Positions 21,731 to 33,295 of a stretch of 64,000 nucleotides of DNA are shown here, piece after piece. Origin of the DNA: an uncultured Gammaproteobacteria bacterium (GTDB lineage: Bacteria > Pseudomonadota > Gammaproteobacteria > UBA6002); assembly GCA_963705725.1 (NCBI GenBank), contig CAVPKM010000018.1:4657-68656 (forward strand), written 5' to 3'. The notes under the pieces are model-generated. The model did not search any database, had not been told where the DNA came from, and was given only the letters and a program-made list of their open reading frames with translations. The translations under genes were made by a program, and so were the position numbers. The stretch's first letter is position 1; each line of letters begins with the position of its first letter.

Positions 21731-23338
21731 ATGTCAAAAATAAATTCAGAAATTAATTCTAAGAGTTCCGCCTTCAAGCAAAATTATCAAGAAATGTCTA
21801 AAAATGTAAAAGAATTAAAAACTATTATTGAGATGATTCAGCAAGGAGGCGAGATAAAAGCTAAACAACACCACTTAGAACAAGGAAAACTCTTAGCACG
21901 AGACCGTATCGACTACCTTCTTGATAGCGGTTCTCCTTTTTTAGAAATCGCCATGTTAGCTGGCTATCAACTTTATGAGAAAGAAGCGGTTCCTGCTGGT
22001 GGTATTATTACTGGTATTGGCCGAATTGCTGGACAAGAGTGCATGATTTTCGCCAATGATGCGACTGTCAAAGGCGGAACGTATTATCCCATTACAGTAA
22101 AGAAGCACTTGCGGGCACAAGAAATAGCGAGAGAAAATCACTTGCCTTGCATTTATTTAGTCGATTCAGGAGGCGCCTTTCTGCCTAAACAAGATGAGGT
22201 ATTTCCAGATAAAGAACATTTTGGACGAATTTTTTTTAATCAAGCTACGCTATCTGCAGAAAATATTCCGCAAATTGCCATTGTCATGGGATCGTGTACA
22301 GCAGGCGGCGCTTATGTGCCTGCAATGGCAGATGAATCTATAATGGTAAAAAATCAAGCAACGATTTTTCTTGGAGGGCCACCCCTCGTTAAAGCTGCAA
22401 CAGGCGAATCTGTCAGCGCGGAAGAATTAGGCGGAGCTGAAGTTCATTGCCAGCTATCAGGCGTGGCGGATCACTATGCGATGGATGATAAACATGCCTT
22501 ATCCATTGCACGAAATATTGTCAAAAATTTAAACCGAACCCCCCCTCTTTTTCAGACAAAAACTTACTCAGAGCCGGTATATGATGTAAAAGAAATGTAT
22601 GGGATTATTCCGGCTGATACGAGAAAATCTTTTGATGTCAGAGAAATTATTGCACGCGTGGTAGATGAATCACTTTTTGATGAATTCAAAATGCTTTATG
22701 GCCCTACCCTGGTCTGTGGTTTTGCGCATATTTTTGGGTATCTGGTGGGAATCATTGCAAATAATGGCATTTTATTTTCCGAATCTGCATTAAAGGGTAC
22801 ACACTTTATTGAGCTATGTAATCAGCGTGGCATTCCACTTGTCTTTTTACAAAATATCACCGGCTTTATGGTGGGAAAAAAATATGAAACTCAAGGTATT
22901 GCAAAACATGGTGCGAAGTTAGTCACAGCTGTCGCCTGTTCTCGTGTTCCAAAGTTTACTCTTATTATTGGCGGAAGCTTTGGTGCGGGTAATTATGCCA
23001 TGTGTGGTCGAGCATATGATCCTCGTTTTCTTTGGATGTGGCCCAACGCAAGAATTTCAGTGATGGGCGGCGAACAAGCTGCCCAGGTTTTATCACAAGT
23101 TCGCCAAGAAAAAAATGAAAGGCAAAATAAAATTTGGAGTGACGAAGAAAAAACTGCTTTTATAGATAAAATAAAAAGTCAATATGAGCAACAAGGAAAT
23201 GCTTATTACGCAGGTGCAAGATTATGGAACGATGGGATTATTGATCCTTTAGATACCAGAAGGGTACTCGGTCTTTGCATTTCTGCCTCACTCAATGCAC
23301 CGATTTCGCAAACGACTTATGGTATTTTTCGAATGTAA
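21731..23338 (+). CDS. Methylcrotonoyl-CoA carboxylase beta (carboxyltransferase) subunit
   Basis: Acyl-CoA carboxyltransferase N and C domains. Start chosen at MSKINSEI; the track ORF extends into the upstream thiolase gene. Confidence 0.85.
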   Translation: MSKINSEINSKSSAFKQNYQEMSKNVKELKTIIEMIQQGGEIKAKQHHLEQGKLLARDRIDYLLDSGSPFLEIAMLAGYQLYEKEAVPAGGIITGIGRIAGQECMIFANDATVKGGTYYPITVKKHLRAQEIARENHLPCIYLVDSGGAFLPKQDEVFPDKEHFGRIFFNQATLSAENIPQIAIVMGSCTAGGAYVPAMADESIMVKNQATIFLGGPPLVKAATGESVSAEELGGAEVHCQLSGVADHYAMDDKHALSIARNIVKNLNRTPPLFQTKTYSEPVYDVKEMYGIIPADTRKSFDVREIIARVVDESLFDEFKMLYGPTLVCGFAHIFGYLVGIIANNGILFSESALKGTHFIELCNQRGIPLVFLQNITGFMVGKKYETQGIAKHGAKLVTAVACSRVPKFTLIIGGSFGAGNYAMCGRAYDPRFLWMWPNARISVMGGEQAAQVLSQVRQEKNERQNKIWSDEEKTAFIDKIKSQYEQQGNAYYAGARLWNDGIIDPLDTRRVLGLCISASLNAPISQTTYGIFRM

Positions 23339-23344
23339 TAAGAG

Positions 23345-24121
23345 TTGAAAATGGAAAATAATTTCATTCTTTGTGATATCAAAAAAAACGGGGTTGCGAC
23401 ATTAACGTTGAACCGATTAGACTGCCATAATGCATTTAATGAAGTCGTCATTCAATTATTAAACGACAAACTTATGCAACTTGAAAATAATTCTCAAGTA
23501 AAAATTTTAATGCTCACTGCAAATGGAAAAAATTTTTCCGCAGGTGCCGATTTAACCTGGATGAAAAAAATGATCCAGTATTCAGAGGAAGAAAACGAGC
23601 TTGACGCACTAGCACTCGCAACCATGTTCAAGCGATTATTTAATTTTTCTAAGCCGACAATTTGTATCGTAAAAGGTAAGACAATGGGTGGCGGAATTGG
23701 TTTGCCTGCTTGCTGCGATATTGTGATTGCCGAGGAAAAAGCTACATTTTGTTTTACCGAAGCCAAATTGGGATTGATCCCCGCTACAATTGCACCTTAC
23801 ATTATTCATGCTATTGGACCTCGAGCAGCAAAATTTTATTTTTTAACCACCAATTTTTTTTCAGCCTTTGAGGCAAAAGAAATGGGCTTGGTGCATGAAA
23901 TTGTTCCTGACGTGAATTTAGAACTAAAAAGCCAGGAAGTGGTTATGCAGTTACTCAAAAATGGTCAGCATGCCTTACAAAATATAAAAAAAGTTTTCAC
24001 AAAGTTTTTTGACTTTGATAATGAAGCATTAAAGGAAACAGCGAAGCTGATCGCTAAAATACGCTGTTCAGATGAAGCTCAACAACGACTTGCAGAGTTT
24101 TTAGATAAACGCAATAACTGA
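23345..24121 (+). CDS. Enoyl-CoA hydratase / methylglutaconyl-CoA hydratase (crotonase family)
   Basis: Crotonase fold (FSAGADL oxyanion motif). Lies between the MCC subunits. Confidence 0.8.
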   Translation: MKMENNFILCDIKKNGVATLTLNRLDCHNAFNEVVIQLLNDKLMQLENNSQVKILMLTANGKNFSAGADLTWMKKMIQYSEEENELDALALATMFKRLFNFSKPTICIVKGKTMGGGIGLPACCDIVIAEEKATFCFTEAKLGLIPATIAPYIIHAIGPRAAKFYFLTTNFFSAFEAKEMGLVHEIVPDVNLELKSQEVVMQLLKNGQHALQNIKKVFTKFFDFDNEALKETAKLIAKIRCSDEAQQRLAEFLDKRNN

Positions 24122-24216
24122 AGTCATCAGACTTGTTAAAGTGGAGAAAACGTTCAGACGTCGTCACGCGGCTTGTCCGTGCTAAATGGTTTAACTGAAT
24201 CTGATTTCGCTAATAA

Positions 24217-26193
24217 ATGGAAAAATACATGCCATTGTTTAATAAAATCCTAATTGCCAATCGCGGAGAAATTGCTTGTCGTATCATGCGCACAGCAAAA
24301 AAAATGGGCATCAAGACCGTGGCGATTTTTTCTGAAGCAGATAAGCATTCCCTCGCCGTAAAAATGTCGGAGGAAGCTTTTTTAATTGGTGGACAAAAAA
24401 GCACTGAAAGTTATTTGCAAATCGACACTATTATTAATTTAGCCAAAGCGACAAACGTCGATGCAATTCATCCCGGTTATGGCTTTCTTTCTGAAAATAG
24501 TCATTTTGCAGAAGCTTGTGAGGCAGAAAATATTGTTTTTATCGGTCCTTCAGCTAAAGCTATTCAAGCGATGGCAAATAAAAATTTAGCAAAATCGATC
24601 ATGGCTGAGCATGGTGTGCCTGTATTACCAGGTTACTATGATAAAAATAATGATTTAGCTCTCATCCAAAAAGCAGCGAAAGAAATAGGTTATCCCATCG
24701 TTTTAAAAGCATTAGCAGGTGGTGGCGGCAAGGGTTTACGAGTGGTTCATTCCGAAAATAATTTTGAAGAAGCTTATTATGCCGTAAGACGAGAAGCAAA
24801 AGCATTTTTTAATGATGACCAAGTCCTGGTTGAAAAATATCTTGAGAATGCAAGACATATTGAAGTGCAAATTTTATGTGATCATTTTGGCCATCAACAA
24901 TATTTATTCACTCGTGATTGTTCAATTCAGCGAAGACATCAAAAAATAGTAGAAGAGGCACCAGCAACAAATATTTCTGGTCCATTACAAAAGCAATTAC
25001 AAGCAACTGCATTTACTGCGGCAAGCGCAATTAATTATACTAATGCAGGCACAATTGAGTTTCTCATTGAAAATGAAAAATTTTATTTTTTAGAAATGAA
25101 TACTCGTTTGCAAGTTGAACATCCAGTTACCGAAATGATCACTGATCTTGACTTGGTTGAATGGCAAATACGCATTGCTTCTGGTGAAAAAATTTTTTCA
25201 AAACCTAAAGCAGCAAGTGGCCATGCAATAGAAATACGTTTAAATGCGGAAGACCCGGAACATGATTTCCTGCCTTCTTCTGGCTTATTGCAATATTTTC
25301 ATTTTGCTGATGAAGATAAAAATTTACGAATTGATAGTGGCTATCGAGAAGGAGACAATATAAATATATTTTATGATTCATTACTTGCAAAAATCATAGT
25401 TTGGAAAGAAAGTCGGCAACAAGCTATAGTATGTTTATCACAAGCTCTGAGTCAAACCTATATTTTAGGCATAAAAACTAATCTCACATTGTTAAAAGCT
25501 ATTTTAAATAATGAAGATTTTAAACTAGCTGCTTTCAATACAAATTTTTTGCAAATCAAGAAACTTACCAATTCACCTACACTGGAAAGATCGATCTCGA
25601 GTATCGCTGGTTTATTTTTATATTCAAAACAAAATATGGAAACAAAAAATAATCCTTGGCAATGGAACGATGGTTGGAGACTTTATGGTAATTCTTTTTT
25701 TAAGATAGCCTTATCCTACAATAAAATATTTAAAACTTTACTAATTCGAAAACAAGAAAATAATTTTATTGTTCAAGATCAAGATTATTGTTTTTATTAC
25801 CAATCTATTAGTCTCATTGAACAAAAAAATAATATTTATCAATTTAATTTTATTCTGGATAATCAGTATTTTGAAGCGATGATTTTTGAATCCTCTGCAA
25901 CTTTAGACTTAATTGTGAACGGCGAGCAGTATACGATAGATAAAGAAATCAAGCTTCACCTCTCTTTTGATCAAGGTGATCGCGTAGAACTGATCGCTCC
26001 CATGCCAGGAACCTTAGTCGCCTTATTGGTTGATTCTGGGCAGAAAGTTAGCAAAGGCGATAAGCTATTAGTGATTGAAGCCATGAAAATGGAACATGCA
26101 CTTTATGCACCCGCTGATGGTACAGTAAAACAATGTTATTACCAGGTTGGTGAATTAGTGAAAGAAGGTGATGAATTAATTCAATTCGAGTAA
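24217..26193 (+). CDS. Methylcrotonoyl-CoA carboxylase alpha subunit (biotin carboxylase + BCCP)
   Basis: ATP-grasp biotin carboxylase domain. C-terminal biotinyl domain with the EAMKME motif. Confidence 0.85.
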   Translation: MEKYMPLFNKILIANRGEIACRIMRTAKKMGIKTVAIFSEADKHSLAVKMSEEAFLIGGQKSTESYLQIDTIINLAKATNVDAIHPGYGFLSENSHFAEACEAENIVFIGPSAKAIQAMANKNLAKSIMAEHGVPVLPGYYDKNNDLALIQKAAKEIGYPIVLKALAGGGGKGLRVVHSENNFEEAYYAVRREAKAFFNDDQVLVEKYLENARHIEVQILCDHFGHQQYLFTRDCSIQRRHQKIVEEAPATNISGPLQKQLQATAFTAASAINYTNAGTIEFLIENEKFYFLEMNTRLQVEHPVTEMITDLDLVEWQIRIASGEKIFSKPKAASGHAIEIRLNAEDPEHDFLPSSGLLQYFHFADEDKNLRIDSGYREGDNINIFYDSLLAKIIVWKESRQQAIVCLSQALSQTYILGIKTNLTLLKAILNNEDFKLAAFNTNFLQIKKLTNSPTLERSISSIAGLFLYSKQNMETKNNPWQWNDGWRLYGNSFFKIALSYNKIFKTLLIRKQENNFIVQDQDYCFYYQSISLIEQKNNIYQFNFILDNQYFEAMIFESSATLDLIVNGEQYTIDKEIKLHLSFDQGDRVELIAPMPGTLVALLVDSGQKVSKGDKLLVIEAMKMEHALYAPADGTVKQCYYQVGELVKEGDELIQFE

Positions 26194-26265
26194 TATCTCG
26201 TATATAGGTATAAATAAATTACAAAGTATGTTATAATTCATTAAAATATAGTGAAAGGTCTAATC

Positions 26266-27303
26266 ATGTTTCTATCCACTTATGCACGCTTATTTATTGG
26301 CTTTAATGAAACTTTTAGCTCTCAAATCACGCATTATGCGAGACAAACGAGATCTAAGCAAACAGCTATATTGCCGATCACCATACTTTCCTCTGAACAA
26401 GTGAATCAGTCCCTTTCTCATCCTCAAAATCAATCTTTAAAGGATTTCATTGGCACAGCTTATGCCGATTCAATTCGAGCCGATAGAATGATTATTAAAG
26501 GACAAGAAAGTTTAAATGAACAAAAGATCTTCATCGAAGAAGCACTTGAAAACTTAGAAACCAAAAAAAAGTTTGCCTCTCCTGCAACTAAAGCCAGCAT
26601 TGAAAGCACAAAAAAAACACTTAATGATCAATATAAGTTATTGACGAATATCAAAAATGCACAAGAACATGGCTATAGTCAATTAAAAGGTTTAGGGCAA
26701 GAATTTAAAGATTTAAGCACAAAACAGGATGCAGAATGGTCTACCTATCGTGACTCAATGCTTAAAAAATTAGAGAATACATTGGAAACTGTTCTGGAAA
26801 CGGTTGGCCTCCCCTCCCTGCCTCAAGGCGAAATCGACAATCTTCTTCGCCAAGATCTCCAAGATGTGTTAGACCGTTTTGAAGATTTAGGGGCAAGTAA
26901 GGATCTCCCTCAAGAAGAATTATCCAAATTGCTAGGAATCAAAAAACCTGACTTAGATACTTATTTTAAAATGAAGGCTTATTTAGCAATACGATCAGTT
27001 TATCCATCTCGTGAAAATATATCCCAACACATGAAAAAATTAGATCATTTTTTCAACGAGGCGAAAGATGAAGGAAGAAAAATTTTACACCAGCACGAAT
27101 CTGAGATAAAAGCATTGGATAGCAAAGTCCAACCTATCGTCAAAGTCGCTGAATCCAATAATCGCACTCTAGATCAACTCAAATTTGGCAGAGAGCAGCT
27201 CGTCATGTCGGTTGCAAGCCTTGCGGATCTTGAAGCAATTCGCGAAAAAACCCAGCAAAGAATTACTACTGTTACGCCAGAACGAACACACTTCCAACGA
27301 TAG
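26266..27303 (+). CDS. Hypothetical coiled-coil protein
   Basis: Long ORF with a heptad-rich, charged sequence and no recognisable domain. RBS AAAGG 8 nt before the ATG at 26266. Confidence 0.4.
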   Translation: MFLSTYARLFIGFNETFSSQITHYARQTRSKQTAILPITILSSEQVNQSLSHPQNQSLKDFIGTAYADSIRADRMIIKGQESLNEQKIFIEEALENLETKKKFASPATKASIESTKKTLNDQYKLLTNIKNAQEHGYSQLKGLGQEFKDLSTKQDAEWSTYRDSMLKKLENTLETVLETVGLPSLPQGEIDNLLRQDLQDVLDRFEDLGASKDLPQEELSKLLGIKKPDLDTYFKMKAYLAIRSVYPSRENISQHMKKLDHFFNEAKDEGRKILHQHESEIKALDSKVQPIVKVAESNNRTLDQLKFGREQLVMSVASLADLEAIREKTQQRITTVTPERTHFQR

Positions 27304-27420
27304 TTCTACGCGACTTTTTGCTCTAGCCGCTTTTTAACCATCCAACACCTTAAAATTGGTCTATCCTTATTTAATTAGCAGTGAATTTCACTGGAAAAAT
27401 TAATTAACTAGGACATTTTT

Positions 27421-28338
27421 ATGGCAAAAGGATACTTGGCAACACATAACAGGGTTAAATCTCAAGAAGAAATTGATGACATCTGGAAGTATTTAGCAAC
27501 AGAAAGTTTTCAGCATATGCCAATTAAAACTCCAGAAGAGATTGAGAAATTAAAAACGGTGGGAGGAATTTGTGCGCGCATTCTTGAAGAAATTTCACCA
27601 CTCATTATACCTGGCGTAACAAAAAAACAACTTAATCTACGAGTCTACGAAAAAATTTGCAATAAATATCATGCAGAAGTAGATCGCCTTGCAAGCGATG
27701 CACAGCATGATGCGGCTCATCATATCTCTGCTTGCTTTGGTCACAATGATATTATTATGAATGCCGTTCCTGATGATGAAAAACTTCAAACAGGAGATAT
27801 TTTCGGCATTGATATTAGCTTGAAAAAAGATGGCTGGTGTGGAGATACACGAAAGACTTGGATCGTCGGCAGTGAATCTTCACCGATGATTAAACGCCTT
27901 TTTGCTATTAGTCATCAAGCGATGTGGTTGGCAATAAGCATGATAAGACCAGGTGCTAAACTGAGTGATATCGGTAATGCAGTTGAAAGATTTGTTAAAA
28001 AAAATGGGTTATCGGTATTAAAATTACCGGTTACCTCTGGTCATTCTATCGGAAAGGGCCATATGGATGGTTGGTTAATCCCGCTTTATAATTCTCCCGT
28101 AAATGAAGGAAGGGTGCTCGAAAAAGGCATGGTGTTCTCTATCGAACCTTTTATTAGTGCCGGATCAGGTGAAGCCTGTATTTTGAATAATGCAGTAGGT
28201 TCTGGCGTAACTAAAGATGGTGCTCCTGCTAGCTATTGGGAACATATTGTTGCAGTGACTGAAAATGGATGTGAAATTTTAGATCTGCGCGCTGACGAAG
28301 ATCCTAATTGGGCAGCACAGGCTGCTAAGTATCAATAA
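27421..28338 (+). CDS. Methionine aminopeptidase-like M24 family protein (divergent, second copy likely)
   Basis: Pita-bread fold motifs (GDIFGIDIS, KDGWCGDT, SGHSIG, VFSIEPF, WEHIVAVTENG), but they diverge from canonical MAP. Confidence 0.65.
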   Translation: MAKGYLATHNRVKSQEEIDDIWKYLATESFQHMPIKTPEEIEKLKTVGGICARILEEISPLIIPGVTKKQLNLRVYEKICNKYHAEVDRLASDAQHDAAHHISACFGHNDIIMNAVPDDEKLQTGDIFGIDISLKKDGWCGDTRKTWIVGSESSPMIKRLFAISHQAMWLAISMIRPGAKLSDIGNAVERFVKKNGLSVLKLPVTSGHSIGKGHMDGWLIPLYNSPVNEGRVLEKGMVFSIEPFISAGSGEACILNNAVGSGVTKDGAPASYWEHIVAVTENGCEILDLRADEDPNWAAQAAKYQ

Positions 28339-28383
28339 TTTCCATTTAATCTCCTATTCAAAATTTATTCTCAATATGTATAA

Positions 28384-28417
28384 TAGACTTGACAAATAAA
28401 ATGTGAAGTCTATTATA
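28384..28417 (+). promoter_or_regulatory. Sigma70-like promoter (TTGACA-17 bp-ATTATA) with a flanking inverted repeat ATAGACTT/AAGTCTAT, upstream of the XRE regulator
   Basis: TTGACA at 28389-28394, a 17 nt spacer, and a -10 hexamer at 28411-28417. The inverted repeat lies at 28384-28391 / 28406-28413. Confidence 0.45.
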
Positions 28418-28437
28418 CACTACGAGTTTTTGAAGGA

Positions 28438-28668
28438 GTGATCGTGCCACGAATAGAAAATAATCTCATCATAAAAAATTATATTCAAAATTTGCGTTTA
28501 GCTAAAAAATTAACTCAAGAGGATTTAGCAAACGCCGTTCATGTAACTCGTGCTACGATTATTGCTCTCGAAAAAGGCAATTATAACCCTTCGCTCGAAC
28601 TTGCTTTTCGCATTGCTCGCTTTTTCAAAACCGATATACAAAAAATATTTTTTATTAAAGGAAATTAG
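28438..28668 (+). CDS. XRE-family helix-turn-helix transcriptional regulator (YozG-like)
   Basis: HTH_XRE motif ([39 protein letters not shown]). 76 aa. Confidence 0.8.
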   Translation: MIVPRIENNLIIKNYIQNLRLAKKLTQEDLANAVHVTRATIIALEKGNYNPSLELAFRIARFFKTDIQKIFFIKGN

Positions 28669-28669
28669 G

Positions 28670-29248
28670 ATGAACAAAATTGTACGATATATTCAAAGTT
28701 ATTTAATTTTTGGCTTTCCATTTATGATTGCCGGCATTTTTTGGAATAATTCGACGCAAAAACATTTCTTTATTCAATTAATTCAAGAAATAGTTTCTTT
28801 AAATTTAATATTATGGTTTACAGCGCTTACATTTTTTTTAATTTTATTAGTACTCGCTCCCACTGCCCGCGAACTCACACTGCGACGCTTAGCTAACATT
28901 CAAGAGAGAGATGAACGAGAAGAATATATTACCGGAAAGGCTTCCCGTGTTACTTATATTTCTACGCTCAGTCTTTTAATTTTGTTGTTTTTTAACTCTA
29001 TTATTTCCCTGAATATTACGAAACTGCCAGATAACCAAGCAATTAATGGCAAGCAGCATGCACTTAATTTAAATCTTGGTTTTAATTTACTTGAAAAGCA
29101 AGCTGAAAAAAGCAAACCGCAAGAAGCATTCATTTTATTTAATTCAACTGATATATCACTTTCTAAACCATTAACTCTACTTATTTTAATAGGATGGCAG
29201 TTAATCGTTTTCAACTATATTTCTCGAAGAGAAAAAATTCGGATGTGA
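28670..29248 (+). CDS. Membrane protein co-transcribed with the XRE regulator (DUF2178-like)
   Basis: ATG at 28670 directly after the XRE stop, with RBS AGGA. About 4 TM helices. The longer track ORF from 28550 overlaps the XRE gene in another frame and is an artefact. Confidence 0.55.
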   Translation: MNKIVRYIQSYLIFGFPFMIAGIFWNNSTQKHFFIQLIQEIVSLNLILWFTALTFFLILLVLAPTARELTLRRLANIQERDEREEYITGKASRVTYISTLSLLILLFFNSIISLNITKLPDNQAINGKQHALNLNLGFNLLEKQAEKSKPQEAFILFNSTDISLSKPLTLLILIGWQLIVFNYISRREKIRM

Positions 29249-29265
29249 AATAGAAATTTGATGAC

Positions 29266-30786
29266 TTACACTTCATTATATATCTCAACAATTTGTCCAT
29301 TTGTATTGACGGAAGCGGTTGTGCCTGATTGGACAAGGTCATTTCGTGTTTGATGAAGTTTTTTAAAATAGGTAGGACTAATCTCACCGGTGACATAGCG
29401 TCCAGTGAATACTGAATCTTCTAATTGCGTAATATTTGGATTACATAGTTGTATCGCTTTATAGAGATCTTCAAGGTCTTGATAGATCAGCCAATCTGCA
29501 CCAATTAATTTAGCAATTTCTTCAGTACTTCGATTATGCGCAATTAACTCATCAGAGGTTGGCATGTCAATGCCATAGACATTAGGAAATTTAACGGGTG
29601 GAGCTGCAGACGCAAAATAGACCTTTCTCGCGCCTGCATCTCTTGCCATTTGAATAATTTCTTTAGACGTCGTTCCCCTCACAATGGAGTCATCGACAAG
29701 TAGCACATTTCTATCTTTAAATTCAAGTGGAATAGGATTAAGTTTTTGCCTAACAGATTTTCTTCTGAGCTTTTGACCAGGCATAATAAAGGTGCGACCA
29801 ATGTATCGATTTTTTACGCAACCTTCACGATAACTCACCCCTAAGGTTTCTGCTAGAGGAAGCGCTGCTGTTCTACTGGTGTCAGGTATGGGAATCACGA
29901 CATCGATATCATGCTGAGAACGCATGCGTAATATTTTTTTAGCTAAAAATTCACCCATGAGTATTCTTACTTGGTGGACAGAAATACCATCAAGAATGGA
30001 ATCCGGTCTTGCTAGATAGATGTATTCAAATAGACAAGGTGCATGAAGGGTTTTAGTCGCACATTGCTGTTGATAAAGTTCTCCCTGCTTGGTGATATAA
30101 ACCGCTTCACCTGGTGCTAAATCTCCAATTAAATGATAGCCAAGCGCATCTAATGCAATACTTTCAGAGGCAATCATATACTCAGTGCCTCGCTCATTTT
30201 TTCTTGAACCCCAAACCACGGGTCGAATGCCAAAAGGATCACGAAAAGCTACAATGCCGTAACCAGCTATCATAATAACGCATGCATATGCCCCAAGACA
30301 GCGCGCATGAACTGCACTAACTGCATGAAAAACATCTTCTGCGGTCAAGTTGATCTTTCCCAAACATTGAAGTTCATGGGCAAAAACATTGAGCAATACT
30401 TCAGAATCAGATGAAGTATTAAGCTGTCGTAAATCCGCTTCTAATAAATTTTGAGTTAATTCTTCTGCGTTAATCAAATTACCATTATGAGCAATCGCTA
30501 AACCATAAGGAGAATTGACATAAAAAGGTTGAGCTTCAGCTGGGCTTGCACTTCCGGCCGTAGGATAACGAACATGACCGATTCCCATGTTACCTTGCAG
30601 TTGTAACATATGTTTTGCATGGAGGACATCTCGAACAAGACCGTTTGATTTACGCATGGCCACTTTTTTATCTTTACAGGTAATAATACCCGCTGCATCT
30701 TGACCCCGATGTTGCATTACTGTCAATGCATCATAAATATCTTGATTTACATTACTTGTCGCAACAATGCCAATTATACCACACAT
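29266..30786 (-). CDS. purF: Amidophosphoribosyltransferase
   Basis: N-terminal MCGI(I/V)G nucleophile Cys. PRTase motif ([13 protein letters not shown]). Confidence 0.9.
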   Translation of the reverse strand: MCGIIGIVATSNVNQDIYDALTVMQHRGQDAAGIITCKDKKVAMRKSNGLVRDVLHAKHMLQLQGNMGIGHVRYPTAGSASPAEAQPFYVNSPYGLAIAHNGNLINAEELTQNLLEADLRQLNTSSDSEVLLNVFAHELQCLGKINLTAEDVFHAVSAVHARCLGAYACVIMIAGYGIVAFRDPFGIRPVVWGSRKNERGTEYMIASESIALDALGYHLIGDLAPGEAVYITKQGELYQQQCATKTLHAPCLFEYIYLARPDSILDGISVHQVRILMGEFLAKKILRMRSQHDIDVVIPIPDTSRTAALPLAETLGVSYREGCVKNRYIGRTFIMPGQKLRRKSVRQKLNPIPLEFKDRNVLLVDDSIVRGTTSKEIIQMARDAGARKVYFASAAPPVKFPNVYGIDMPTSDELIAHNRSTEEIAKLIGADWLIYQDLEDLYKAIQLCNPNITQLEDSVFTGRYVTGEISPTYFKKLHQTRNDLVQSGTTASVNTNGQIVEIYNEV

Positions 30787-30793
30787 AGATTTC

Positions 30794-31312
30794 TCAAGTT
30801 TTTGAATGCGTTAAGTGTTGAAAATGATACAGCTGCGAAGGAATAAGGTGCTGTAACCAGTTTGCAATACCAATAAAATAGGGAATTAAAACAGAATAAT
30901 GCCACCAAGTCGATTTGACAAATGAGGTCATCATTGTAAATAAAATTAAAATAGCAACCAACAAAATACCTCGCGCAAATCCAAAAATCATCCCCAAAAG
31001 ACGATTTGTTCCTGTAAGTCCAGTGCTTTTAATAAATGCTGAAAAAAAGTGGTTAATGACTGCGCCAACAATCAATACAAGAATTAGCACAATAAAAAAT
31101 GCAACAACCAACCGTAAATGCGGAGCGTGAATAGCGGTTAATAATAAATTTCCAACAGGTTCAGCAAATCTAAAGGCAACAATAGCAGCAATAATCCAGG
31201 TTAAAAGTGAGATAGCTTCAGCAATGAACCCACGCATTGAGCTGGTCAACGTGGAGAAAAGAATAATCCCGATAATGATATAATCAACAGCATTCATTGA
31301 ATAAATTGCCAT
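30794..31312 (-). CDS. cvpA: Colicin V production protein CvpA
   Basis: Four TM helices. Conserved purF-cvpA synteny. Confidence 0.8.
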   Translation of the reverse strand: MAIYSMNAVDYIIIGIILFSTLTSSMRGFIAEAISLLTWIIAAIVAFRFAEPVGNLLLTAIHAPHLRLVVAFFIVLILVLIVGAVINHFFSAFIKSTGLTGTNRLLGMIFGFARGILLVAILILFTMMTSFVKSTWWHYSVLIPYFIGIANWLQHLIPSQLYHFQHLTHSKT

Positions 31313-31322
31313 ATTAGTTATC

Positions 31323-32018
31323 CTATTTTTTCACCACAATACCATTAATTTTAAGCGCTTTTGCAATGAGTTGTTGCTTGATAGTTGCTTCACGCTCTGT
31401 AGTTAACGGTCCGACTAACACCTGTATCACTTTTTTATCCTTTACTGATTTAAGCGACACAGGATAATTTTCTGCTTTTAATTTTTTCACTAATTTGGAA
31501 ACATTTTCTTGATTACTAAAACTACCCAGTTGTACCAGCCATAATTTTGAATCATCTTTAGTGGCATGTGCTAACGATTGTATTTTTAAAAAATCAGGTT
31601 TGCTTAATTCTACTCTCAATGGCTCACGTTGTTTGACTGAAAATTTCTGACCAAGTTGATTTGATTCGATTGATCTAATCATCTTATGTTGATTCTCAAA
31701 ATGATTTTCTTCTTCATTGGCAATTGGGATAGTCGCTTGTTTTTCAATTATTGCCGTTTGTTCCGCAAGATTTGGTATATTGTTTTGAGTAATTGAGTGC
31801 TGAGAGGAAATAATGGCATGTTCAATATCAGCAAATTGGTTTTTTCTTGGTGAAATAACAGCAGTCTCATCTCGTTTTTGTTCAAGGTGCTCTTTCTTCT
31901 CAAGAAGTTCAGGTCGATCTTTTCCAAAGATCCAAGGAAAGATTATCAATGCGAGAAAAATAAGCAAAATAATTCCGATGATCCGTTGCTTAAACCCGTT
32001 AATTACCATCTCACTCAT
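31323..32018 (-). CDS. dedD: SPOR-domain cell-division protein (DedD-like)
   Basis: N-terminal TM helix. C-terminal SPOR domain (WLVQLGSFSNQENVSKLV...VLVGP). Synteny with folC and cvpA. Confidence 0.7.
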   Translation of the reverse strand: MSEMVINGFKQRIIGIILLIFLALIIFPWIFGKDRPELLEKKEHLEQKRDETAVISPRKNQFADIEHAIISSQHSITQNNIPNLAEQTAIIEKQATIPIANEEENHFENQHKMIRSIESNQLGQKFSVKQREPLRVELSKPDFLKIQSLAHATKDDSKLWLVQLGSFSNQENVSKLVKKLKAENYPVSLKSVKDKKVIQVLVGPLTTEREATIKQQLIAKALKINGIVVKK

Positions 32019-33295
32019 AAATCATCATCTACATCTACAGCAATATCTACATAATTTTTCAAATAATTCAACACTTCTGCCACTGTAACAAAAGAACCGA
32101 ATACAATAATTCGCTGGTCAGCGCTCATCTCTGCAGCAGCGCTTTTAAAAGCATCAAGAACGGTATCATAATTATAACATTGTACCTCTTCAAAATCTTC
32201 AAAATTAGCGGCAAGCTCCGCTGAACTTGCTCCCCTTTCATGATTGAGTGTTGCAAAATGCCATTCTTTAATAATCGATCGGCAAGGCAGTAAAGTATTT
32301 GCAATATCTTTATCTTTCATCATTCCAACTACCGCCTTCAAGCGAAAATCGTTTCCTTCAGAAAGTAGGTTTTTCATTAATAAATCAGTCGCAGCAGGGT
32401 TGTGCGCCACATCTAAAATACAATTGATAGGATGATCAAATCTTTGAAATCTTCCAGGTAGGGCCGCGTTCAGAATACTACGATGCAGCAAGGAAAAGGA
32501 AAGGTGAAAAAATTGATCCAAGAGATGAATGGCCATTAAGGCAGTTGCTGCATTAATAAGTGAAAGATTCGGAATAGGCAGGGTATTAATTCTTTTTTCG
32601 CCACCAACCCACGACCACGTTGCTGTGTTTTGATCGAATGAATAATCTTTTTTTATTAAAAAAATCTGACAGTCTATCTCTTTTGCATAGTCAAGTAATG
32701 AAGCGGGAGGGTTAGGATCACCACAAATAGCAAGCCGTCCTGATCTAAAGATTCCTGCTTTTTCAAGTGCAATTTGTTCGCGAGTTGTGCCAAGCCATTC
32801 TTCATGATCAAGGTCGATAGAGGTAATAATCGCGATATCCGGATCGACAATGTTAACTGCGTCTAGCCTTCCTCCAAGCCCTACCTCTAAAATTAATAGG
32901 TCAAGATCAATTTGTTTAAAAAGCCAAAGCGCAGCTAAGGTCGTAAACTCAAAGAAGGTAAGAGGAATATCCTTTCTTCCAGCCTCAATGAATTCAAAGG
33001 CGGTGATTAATTGGCTATCCGATACCTCACGGTTATTGATTTTAATTCTTTCGTTAAAATTTAATAAATGAGGAGAGGTATAGACGCCTATGCGATAATT
33101 GTTCATACTCGCAATAGATTCAATCAACTTGACACATGAGCCCTTTCCATTGGTACCACCCACTGTAAGAACAGGGCAATTGAATCTTGTTAAACCTAGT
33201 TTTTTTCCAATAGATTTAATGCGGTCAAGTTCAAGTTCCATATTTTTTGGATGGATTTTTTCAATATAATTGGTCCATTCAGTCACGTTTTTCAT
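32015..33295 (-). CDS. folC: Bifunctional folylpolyglutamate synthase / dihydrofolate synthase
   Basis: Mur-ligase family P-loop ([10 protein letters not shown]). Confidence 0.85.
   Translation of the reverse strand: MKNVTEWTNYIEKIHPKNMELELDRIKSIGKKLGLTRFNCPVLTVGGTNGKGSCVKLIESIASMNNYRIGVYTSPHLLNFNERIKINNREVSDSQLITAFEFIEAGRKDIPLTFFEFTTLAALWLFKQIDLDLLILEVGLGGRLDAVNIVDPDIAIITSIDLDHEEWLGTTREQIALEKAGIFRSGRLAICGDPNPPASLLDYAKEIDCQIFLIKKDYSFDQNTATWSWVGGEKRINTLPIPNLSLINAATALMAIHLLDQFFHLSFSLLHRSILNAALPGRFQRFDHPINCILDVAHNPAATDLLMKNLLSEGNDFRLKAVVGMMKDKDIANTLLPCRSIIKEWHFATLNHERGASSAELAANFEDFEEVQCYNYDTVLDAFKSAAAEMSADQRIIVFGSFVTVAEVLNYLKNYVDIAVDVDDDL

Noticed and set aside
28550-28669. 5' extension of the membrane-protein ORF overlapping the XRE regulator gene
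   Set aside because: It is in a different frame from a well-supported HTH gene. A canonical RBS plus ATG sits at 28670 immediately after the XRE stop.
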